From: Xylographa opegraphella
Lineage: Eukaryota
Assembly: GCA_022813865.1 (NCBI GenBank)
Contig: JALDZX010000032.1
Span: forward strand, 231,046 to 251,045
DNA length: 20,000 bases
Direction of reading: 5' to 3'
Each line of letters begins with the position of its first letter. Within the stretch, counting starts at the first letter, position 1. The position numbers and the translations under genes are program-made. The notes beneath the pieces were generated by a model. It was not told the origin of the DNA. It searched no databases and saw nothing but the letters and a program-made list of their open reading frames with translations. Positions 1-9,125 of this stretch are shown one piece after another.

Positions 1-167
1 CTCTAGATTTCTCAAAGCTCTCCGAGCAAGATAACTCTCCTCCCCTCCCTCACCTGGACTGACAACAACAGACCAGCGAGACTGACTGATAAACCCCAAT
101 AATACCCAAATCCTCCACACCCCGTCCCCCATAACCCACCCCTTAACCACGCTCCCCCCCAAACCAC

Positions 168-1017
168 TCACTCATCCACCACGCCCTCCACTCTCACAAA
201 CCTCCCGGGCTCCCTCAACAGCACCGGTGACCGATGAATCCCATACCCCCTCAATTGACCTCCCCACTCCCTCAGATCCACATCCACAAAGCCGGCATCC
301 ACCCACCCGTACCGCCGGTACAGGTTCCGCCCCCGCATCTGCGTCCCGATGTACACCAGCTCGCGCTCCAGCCCGAAGGTCTCGAACCCCCACGCCAGCA
401 AGGCGGTCCCGATCCCCTGCCGCTGGTACTCCGGCAGCACGTGCAGCGCCGACCAAGCTGGGAAGGACGGGGGTCTCGTTGTCAGCGAGGCAGGGACAGC
501 AAATGTAAAGCAGGAAGGTAACACCACCTCCCCTTCTTTCCAGAAAATAGAATGGAAAGAATAGAAAACAAAAACATCAGAGCAAAACTCCCAAAAACCT
601 ACCAACATGCCTCCTCCCCTCCACCGCACCCCACCTCGCCTCCGCCATGCGCGCATAATACATCCCACAAAACGCCGCATCCATCCCCTCGGGAAAGCCT
701 CGCTCCCCCCCATTCGACGGCGGCAGCTGCGGCGGCCGCTCCCCGCTATAGAACGTCAGACTCGCAAACGCAACCACCACCGGCCCGTCGCCCTCGTCGT
801 TCCGCAGAGTGGCCTTGAACACTCGCGTGGCCGGATCCTGCAGGCTGGCGGGGTAGGTCGCGCGGCAGAGGGCCCGCTTGGTGGCCATGGCGCGCTCGTG
901 GTTGGTCCCGAATTGGAAGACGTCGATGAGGTCGGCGGCCATGGCGCGGCTGATGGTGGTGGCGATGGCGTCCATGTCGCTGGGCGTGGCCATGGAGATG
1001 TGGATTGGGGGCGTCAT
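168..1017 (-). CDS. GNAT-family N-acetyltransferase (234 aa, 2 exons: 1017-603, 457-168)
   Basis: ATG at 1017 in CACCATG context. Intron 602-458 has GTAGGT donor, GCTGAC branch and CAG acceptor, and joins in frame as RRHV-AWSALHV. Acetyl-CoA motif A 'LHVLPEYQRQGIGTALL' and C-terminal 'GRNLYRRYGW' are typical of fungal GNATs. Confidence 0.88.
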
Positions 1018-1371
1018 GGTGGGTGGAGAGGAGGGAACGGCGTTCGACGGCGTTGATATGGGGAGATGGTGAGTGAAGAGTGAGGGAGAGTCTGCGGTGG
1101 TGATAGTGGGAAGGTATCCTGTCCCAGCATAGTGCTGATCCATCCAAACTGAAGATCATACGCTCAGAACGACCAAAATGATATTGATGGGTTCTCTTGT
1201 TCGTGTGTTTTTCAATAGATGATATCCTTTAGTCCATACAGGGACGAAACAACCCCTTGGTTTGACGATATTTTACTGTACATGTACATAGCGATGCCCA
1301 AAATGCTCAAAATGCTCATACGGATCACGGAAACGACCCTTCCTGATGTACACACAGCGTGCTATTTACCA

Positions 1372-4300
1372 TTACCATCCAAACACCTCATTGATAGCAA
1401 CCACGTTCCATCTATATCCACCAACAGCAACCAGCGCCCCCACCAAGTCGACCACCAAAAGCACAGCGGCTCCTGTCATGAATCTGGGACTGAATATCCT
1501 GTACAGCATCAAGTGCCGCCTCAGCCAGCCAGCCCAGATCGTGGTGGCAAGGTTGATGACGCCGTAATAGCAGATATGCCTCATCATAGCTCGAGCTACA
1601 TCTCCGAGCAATCCCGTCTTCTTTGGTGGTTGCTTCCACAGAACGACCAACGGAACGGCTATTACGGTCAAGATTTGAGCTCCGAATGTATTCAGAACTA
1701 TAAGAATCGGAGACCAAGGGTAACGAACGGTTTTCAAGGCGATAAAGGCGACATTCCATTGTATGCTTGCCGGCGTGGCTTGATGCCCAGTCTTGAAAAA
1801 GTGGAAGCTGCCGAGCAAAGCGAGAACGATGGGACCAATGGCGCTTTGCGAAAGGTCATTCGTATCCACGATTTCGAGCAGCGAAAGTATCTGCAAGGCC
1901 AGGAGACCCAGCATGCCGCCACCCATTGGTTTTTGAAGCAATATGATACCGAGTAGCCAAGCACTAAAAAGCAAAAAATAGCGGCTGCCATGCACGTTTG
2001 CATAGCCTAAGATAGTCATAGTCTTAGGCTTTGGTTTCCCTGTTTCCGAAGACCCATCAACAGGAGCTACCTCCAGACGGATACAAGGCGCAGCCCATAT
2101 GAAAGTTGTTGTTCCAGCGCCGAAAGCCACGGCCAGAATGATTTGAGCTAGGTTGATTCGGATGTTCAATAAGGTCGTACTACTCATAGATAACCAGTTC
2201 CCATCGTCCGCGGTATCCAAAGTCCAGTATATTGCACTACCTAAAAGTCCAATTCGAAAAGCGAATCCTATCCAGAATCGGGCTGAGCCTTCATACGACT
2301 TTGTGCGTTGATAGTACGATTTGATTACCTCTGGAAGCAGTATGGCAACAAAATAGGAGATGAGAAGTTGCCAAGTGGCCGAAGTCGATGTTGTCGCTGA
2401 AGCGTAATATGTAGATCTGCAGTATGGCATCTGCTCATCTCGACATAGTCGAGAAAAAGATGATACTCTGGTAAGCCCTAAGAACAGCAGGGAGTGATAC
2501 ATGCCCAAGATCCGATCGGTTGTATTGACTTGCCGCAAAGATGCAGCCGCCGCTATCACCCCAAAGGAACTCAGGAAGAACAACAAAATCTCGTCCTCCC
2601 AAATAGTGTACGAATTGGACGCAAAGCCGATCGACTGGCTTAAAGTGAACACAATGGCCATCCAGCCCCACAGAGTCATACCATTACCGATGAAGCTCGT
2701 AGCACGATTTTGCCAAAAGGCCAATCCGTTTCCGATTAAACCGCCAATGGCGGCTCCAAAAGCCACGCAATCGTTACTAAGTGTGTCGGGAATGAACAAT
2801 CTTGAGAGATATGCAATTGAAGCTCCCGCAGGGATACCTATACCAATTTTCTGCAACAAGGCTGGTACGCTGTCCGCTCGATCTTCAGAGCTTGGCCTTG
2901 CAAATGCTATTGTTGAGAGAAGAGCGAATGATAATATACCTATCCCTTGTAGCATGTTTGGGATGTCGAATCTCGCCCACAAGCTTCGACAAACATGAAG
3001 GTTCTCTATTTGATAGTCTGAGAACGCCGTATAGGTGGCCTGCAAGTCCTCAATTGTGGTGAGCCTTCCAAACCTCAGCCGTACCCAGTAATTGATGGCC
3101 TTTAGCCATCTCTCTTGTACCAGAGACGTTGCATCTTCATCGAGTCCTCGGGCCTGTGAATACTCAACTTGATAATTATGGATCTGAGCACCTGTAAGGG
3201 CGTTAACAATGGCTAACTTCTCCCACTCCGGCTCGTTGGGTCCGATAAACGCTTCTTCGATCGGGGCTCCTAAGTTGTTGAAAGGGATTGGCAGACCCAG
3301 CAATAGGGAAAGGGTAGGCACAAGATCGATTTGTGCCACGGCACGCTCTTTCGCCGTGGCCGGAGGATCTACGTATTCTGGTTTGCTGCGACCAAAGCTG
3401 GCTTTCTTGGAATACATCCATAATGCGGCCTCTACTTCATCGTCCGATTCGCCTCCGTGGTCGCCCTTGGCGTCCATTCCATGGTCACCCATGACAACTA
3501 GTAGGGTCTGATCGTCAAGGACTTCTACTAATTGACGTAAGATAGCGTCCATTTGCGAAAGCTTCGCTGCCATCGCAGGGTGATTGGGGCCGTAGCGATG
3601 ACCGGCATGGTCAACACCGAGAAAGTGGGCAAATAATACGTCCCAGCGACTCACTAACTCGGGTGCTAATAGAGGCAGCAAATGCTCTGTAATCCCATCG
3701 TCGACAGTATGTAGATCCCAAGCATTGAATGAATCATAAGCGTGGGTAAGATTGGCGTCGAAATACCCGGGGAAGAGCGAGTGCCAGGTGTCATCACCCA
3801 GGTGTACCAAAGTCTTGTTTGCTTCTCGTAATTGCGCGAGGATATTGTCCTCTTCAATCGCTGTGCCAGAAAAACTGGCACCGGCGTCTACGAAAGTAGG
3901 TAGTGTACCTGTTGTCAATCCCTTCAATCTTTGGAGAGTCACGGTAGGAGGATCTGCAATGAATGGAAGAAGAAACGCATTGTGAGGTTGTTCAATTGCA
4001 GTCTCATGTAGCACCGTGAGTGTGTTATGATAGTGTCGAGGTTGCGCCTGGTACGGAACGGTGAAGTCATAGCGTAAGGCATCAATGATTATTATAATGG
4101 CTTTGTCGAATTGTTTGGGATGCCAGCATCCCCCTCCGATAGAGCTTGTATGTGAGACCTTCAGGGGTGGCTGCAGGCATTCAGACTTGTCATTGAGGAC
4201 CAGACGTGTGAGGAGGAAACCCTTGGTGAAGAAATATATGCCGATCGCATGGAGAAATCTAGACCAGTTAGGTTCTGCATTTGTTCTCGGGAAGTTGTGA

Positions 4301-4478
4301 CTGACAATATCCACAGGAAGAAACCTACAACGAGTAGGTGGAGAGACTTGAATCGTACCATACTTTTTCTGTTCCTCTCTGCTAGTTCTTGAACATCCTT
4401 CGAGCTTTTGATCCGGTTCCCACTAACAGCAGCATTGGGCTTCACGATGTCACCGTATTGAATGCTTCCAGCTTCCAT
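1372..4478 (-). CDS. GPI13: GPI ethanolamine phosphate transferase 3 (Gpi13/PIG-O), 1019 aa, 2 exons: 4478-4306, 4258-1372
   Basis: Motifs GIYFFTKGFLLTR, IIDALRYDF, FIADPPTVTLQRLKGLTTGTLPTF, HFLGVDHAGHRYGPNHP, MGDHGMD, FFKTGHQAT, RRHLMLYRIFSPRF, plus many C-terminal TM segments. The 47-nt intron 4305-4259 (GTCAGT...CTAAC...TAG) restores the N-terminal TM (FLWIL-FLHAIG). Confidence 0.96.
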
Positions 4479-5057
4479 GTTGGGAAGGATCTCGCGCGCA
4501 AACAGCCACATACATCACGACCTGGATGTACATTGGATGAATGGATGCTGTGGGTTCGAAAGCACAGAGAGCGAGGTTTGCATGACGACGTGCTCCTCCT
4601 CAACGTATCCCATCATGAATGCGATATTTGGAGGCACAATCACTGAAGCGAGGTTCTCATACACCGAGCCCGATTAAGCCTTACCCTCTCATGACTGTTC
4701 GCGACGGCCGAGCATACTTGCAATACAGTCTACATCTTATCGTATCCCTACTACCTCCGTAATACCTAGACCTTGGGGTCTTAGGAGGTTGCCCAGGCGG
4801 TATCCTTAAGAGGTCCGCAAAGCTGTATCTTACTACTACTAGCGCGTGCGACGACATTTGGTGTACTGCTCCGTATATAAACCATGATCAATTCATCGTT
4901 TCCTCATGTTACTACACCCTACGATCAAAACGACGTCGCCCCCAGAGTATCGTAGTGAATAGTGATCCATTATCTAGTATACTACAAATACCTGCCGGGA
5001 CTGACTCGAAACACATGATTAACGACTGAGCCATAGCCAACAGAGCAAATAATTTCC

Positions 5058-5077
5058 AGTCATAACGAGTCATAACG
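5058..5077. repeat. Perfect 10-bp tandem duplication (AGTCATAACG x2) in the 3' flank of the Ub-CAX gene
   Basis: Directly visible: agtcataacg agtcataacg. Confidence 0.8.
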
Positions 5078-5133
5078 CATTAAATGGCCTCCAGCTTTCG
5101 CCTTATTCCTCTCTCGCCCAACATTGATACCTA

Positions 5134-7443
5134 TCAAGGCACGAAGTATGCGGCAATGGAAATAATAATCCATACCTCGATTAACAGGGCGCCTTGTATC
5201 CTTTGGAGCTTGTCAATAAGGTCCATAAGCTATTGGGGAGAGGAAAGATATACCATGTAGACTGTCCGTCCTGCATGATGTAGTTAACGATTAGTATAGA
5301 AGCAAACAGTGCTAGGACTTCGAATGCGCTGAAGACCAAGGTCATCTCGTCAATATCCATACCCCAAGCGATTATAAGTACCAACGGAATCACCATCAAC
5401 GAAGTCTGTATGCATTTCCCTGTGGTCAAGGCAAGACTGAGATCCACCTTGTCCTTGTAAGCCGTCACGATAGTTGTCGGATCGTTGCTCAATAGGGGAA
5501 GGATGACCAAGCCAACAAAGGTCTCGGACAGGCCAGCCTCGCTAAGGAGTCCATCGATGGAGTCCGTCGCAAACTGAGTGTTGAATGCAATGAAGACGGT
5601 TGACACAATGATTGTGGCTATTGCAACCCATATGCTTAATCGTGGAATTTCCTCGTCGTCGATGACATGGCTCCCGCTGATGCCAGTCGCCGCCGATTTC
5701 GCCCCAATTGCTGCGATCGCCCTGAGAGGTTTCACTCGATCCATCCGTCTTTTCTGTGTAGGTTGACTTCGTTTGTGTGGGCGAATCGGGTTGGTATATA
5801 GCTGAAAAAGCAGCCAGAGGCCGTAAGACAATAGCAGTACCACCCCTGTCCCGCGGGATTGAACCACAATATCTCTCCGGGAGGTAGTGATCAAAAAGTG
5901 GGAAACCGTGGGGACGATCAGACTCGTGGCTGCAAGTAAAAGTAGGGAACCCACGAGCTTGGCGATGCTGCTATCGAATCGTTGCTCGGCCCACTTGATA
6001 CCGCCAAGGAGAAAGCCAAGGCCGGTCATTAGGAGAAGGTTGGAGAGAATGCCACCGATCAAGGAGGTTTGTAGCACAGTGATCTGTCTAGTTTTCAGGA
6101 GAAAGATCGACGTGATCAGTTGAACAGCATTACTGTCTGAATCTCAAAACCGGTTCATAAAAGTCTGTAGAGTTTCGCATACCTGAAGGTCATGCTTATC
6201 AGCCCCTCCAGTAGTTCACCAACACGCAATGAGAAATCGTCGATGGCAAAAGCAAGGATCATAGCACTGGGTACGATAGCAAGGAAATTTACAGTGAAGA
6301 TAGCAATTGGATTGACATGGGTATAGTTGAGTACGAAACCAACGGGAATGAGTAAGATTAAGATATGAAACGATGAATTGAAGAGGAGGATCCTGGCTTG
6401 GTCGATGAGGGTGAAGTGATCAACCTCTCCAGCAGGAGTTACATCCTTCGTCGTCCCATCTGGTCTGAAAGCGATGAACCTTCGCTTTCTTGGAGAGATC
6501 TCATCAACCTCCTCGGATTCAGGGCCACCGCCGCCTCTCAGGCGCAGGACAAGGAAAATTGTGTCCCCCTAAATAAAGGTATTAGCAATTACATGGGGAC
6601 GGTCGCCGTGGTACGTCTCACTGGTTTGATCTTATAGGCATTCAAAGCTCGTTCTTGCGTAAAGTTAGCAATTTGATGATGTGGAAATGCTTTTAACGAA
6701 GATACCGTCCTCCAATTGCCTGCCTTCCCAGATGAGGCGCATCTGGTCAGGCGGTATCCCCTCTTTGTCCTGGATCCGAGTTTTCAGATTGTGAATAGTA
6801 AGCTTTCGCGCGCCGTGGATTGGGATAACCTTGCCCGTCAAGGTACGTATACGTAGTTCTATCTCGTTGTTATCGCTGATGAACGGCCGGTGCTCATGAA
6901 GCGACACTCGATCTTCATTCCCACTGGCAGACGCATCGGCATTAGCAGAATCCACAACCTCTTCGACCCTTGTCTTTAGACTTTTGTCTCTTCTGCGTAC
7001 TATTGCCCCTTTCATGTCATAGTCCCAAGGCATCGTGTCACCACGCCTCGGAACAAGATGTGCCAATTTATCTCGAACTTTCAATGGGGTCGTGGAAGCA
7101 TGCTTCAGACCAGTAGTTATAGTTTCTACGCCAGCATAATTCGCGGCTGTTTCGTTTTCTGTGACAGGCTCAGAGACAAGAGCCTCTTCTGCATCCAGTG
7201 ACTCCTGGGTGACAGGCACGACTGTAGAAGCCGGATCTGCAGAAGCCAACGCGGCGGCGTCGATTCCACCTGATTCGGCATCGTTATCGTTAGGCGCTTT
7301 TTTCCTCCGCAGAGCAAATGGGTTGAAGGCACTTTGGTTGTTGGGACCTCTCCAGGCGGCGGAGTATGCATTTCTCCGAATTGAGTCTGCGGTCTATGTC
7401 ATTGAGAGGCACAAGTCAATCGGTGTCATACATACATACACAT
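5134..7443 (-). CDS. Ubiquitin-domain / CAX (VCX1-like Ca2+/H+ exchanger family) fusion protein, 682 aa; exons 7443-7440, 7386-6706, 6653-6622, 6568-6183, 6132-5254, 5200-5134
   Basis: Five 50-53 nt GT-AG introns join with consistent phase, totalling 2049 nt = 683 codons. Ubiquitin domain is residues 177-252. CAX hallmarks: [100 protein letters not shown]...AYFVP*. The 4-nt first exon is the least certain part. Confidence 0.85.
6530..6862 (-). other. Embedded 76-aa ubiquitin domain ending LRLRGG, split by two introns (6705-6654, 6621-6569)
   Basis: Spliced translation [76 protein letters not shown] aligns without gaps to ubiquitin 1-76 (42/76 identical to yeast ubiquitin, manual count). Confidence 0.93.
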
Positions 7444-7721
7444 GTCTGAATCAGCAAAACATCTACAACATACGGAGCACCACGTTCTTGGAACCTGGTT
7501 GCGGGGCAGGGAAGCGCCGAGGTCGGACTCGGCAGAGGATATATAATACATACATATAATACATACAATAATACAATACAGGGTTAGGATACCATATAGC
7601 GCGAAGAGAGCAAGCGAGGTATCCCAAACAACGATTATCAGGCTTCGTGACCGAGTGTGTCGAACTCCGTGACGAGGACCGCAGTCCAGAAGATAGATCA
7701 GGGCGACTGCCATCGCTCGCT
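7444..7721. promoter_or_regulatory. Probable bidirectional promoter (278 bp between start codons) with an ATAC-rich low-complexity tract
   Basis: Divergent ATGs at 7443 (-) and 7722 (+). ATATAATACATAC x2 plus further ATAC/ATAAT units at about 7541-7580. Confidence 0.5.
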
Positions 7722-9125
7722 ATGTCCGTCCCTCGGTTACCTTTTCTGTATCCACATCTTTTCCGCAGCCTTCGCATCGCGGAACCATATACTACCCTTC
7801 GAACACCGGCTCCAAGAGTTGCTGCAGCTTCCAACCGCCAACTCCACAAGACGGGCAGAAAGCGGCAAGAGACGTACGCCCAGCGATATGGCCCTGCCAC
7901 CGAACCTCCTCCTCCTCCGCCGCACATTTCGCAGAAGCCGGAGGATAGAAAACTGCCAGTGGCAGCGCAAAAACAGCCAAGGTTTCAGCAAGGGAAGGAA
8001 AGTGATGCAAAAGACAACAGCCGCACCTCGGAGGTGGAAGGTCGTGTATCTCCAAAATTGAAGAACGAGAGCGCCGATACCGACATTTCCCAAGGCCCTG
8101 ATAAGGCGGAGGAGATAGAGAAGGTCGCGCGACTGACCGCCCGGGACGCTGAGGAGTCTCATCCAAAAGAAGCTATCAGAGGGCCCCGCCAGGAAGCAAC
8201 CACTACGCCCCTTGAGACCGTATTACACATAGAAGCACCTACTTCTAACAAGTCAGATGAACACAAAATCCATATGCATGCACCACCATATGTTCACCAT
8301 TTCGACACCTACACGCTGGTCAATGACCTGGGAAAGGGGGGGTTCACCCAGGACCAAAGCATTACAATCATGAAAGCTGTAAGAAGTCTCTTAGCAATTA
8401 ACCTGGATGTTGCCAGAGAAGAGCTGGTATCAAAATCCGACGTCGAGAACGTATGTCTAATCCGAGATCGGACCGGGCGACTTGGGATACTGCTAACCTT
8501 ACTTTTGTAGGAGACCTACCTTTTTCGCGCAGCATGCTCCGAACTGCGCACGGAAATTCAGAACCTTCGCAAAATATCAAGTGAAAAGATGCGCATCGAC
8601 CGTGCTCATTTGCAGCATGAAGTTGATATCCTCAATCAGAAGCTCACGCAGGATTCTATGACCTTGAAGGATGATCTGCGCGGGATGTTCAATGATCGAA
8701 AAATGGCCGTGCGAATGGAGCAACGGTCAATGGACAGCGCGATACAGGAACTGAATTACAAAATTACGGTGGCTTTGAACAGCGATAGCCGAGGCGAGGT
8801 CGAAGGCCTCAGATGGGTATTGACGAGGAGAGCTGCCATGGCAATTGTAGGGATGGCTTGTAAGTTTCTCTTCGTTTGTCAATCGAACCTTCCTGACGAC
8901 CTGGCAGTTCTGATCCTTGGATCACTACGCTATTCCTCATACATGATGCACATGCAGGATGTAGAACGGAAACGCATGGCAGCAACGGCCCCGACATACA
9001 CGGATAGCGGCGGAGGCAATTATACAACGCCCTCCAGGAGTACAGCGACCCAAACTGGAGACTCGGACGTAATGGTTGCAAGTATTGATTCCGGGACGAA
9101 TCCTAGTTATGTGTCTCTAGGATAG
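7722..9125 (+). CDS. DUF1640 (CCDC90/MCUR1/Fmp32-like) mitochondrial coiled-coil membrane protein, 431 aa; exons 7722-8450, 8511-8859, 8908-9125
   Basis: Arg-rich presequence-like N-terminus (MSVPRLPFLYPHLFRSLR). Conserved PPYVHHFDTYTLV...GGFT..QSITIMKAVR, ENETYLFRAACSELRTEI, a coiled coil, EVEGLRWVLTRR and a C-terminal TM. Introns GTATGT..GCTAAC..TAG and GTAAGT..CTGAC..CAG. Confidence 0.88.

Noticed and set aside
458..602. Possible stwintron or intronic snoRNA in the long GNAT intron
   Set aside because: No internal donor/branch/acceptor set or convincing C/D box pair found.
1219..1956. 245-aa plus-strand ORF and other antisense ORFs over GPI13, LAA1 and the GNAT gene
   Set aside because: Shadow ORFs opposite well-supported genes, with no domain-like features.
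4259..4314. GPI13 start at ATG 4314 as given by the ORF track
   Set aside because: It reads through a canonical 47-nt intron and truncates the N-terminal TM helix; the spliced model from 4478 fits better.
4750..4820. Short imperfect hairpins (cctagacc..ggtcttagg; gcgg..cttaag..ccgc) upstream of GPI13 as a possible ncRNA
   Set aside because: Stems are short and mismatched, and I see no tRNA or snoRNA box motifs.
6530..6862. NEDD8/Rub1 or canonical ubiquitin (UBI1-4) gene
   Set aside because: It has R72 and [11 protein letters not shown] (ubiquitin-like, not NEDD8-like), but only ~55% identity, no Met1, and no ribosomal-protein or polyubiquitin partner.
5181..7249. Treating ORFs 6665-7249 (ubiquitin-like) and 5181-6077 (exchanger) as two separate genes
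   Set aside because: No stop follows LRLRGG and no in-frame ATG occurs before the first TM segments. The same exon encodes the ubiquitin tail and CAX TM1-TM2, and the apparent ORF ends lie inside introns.
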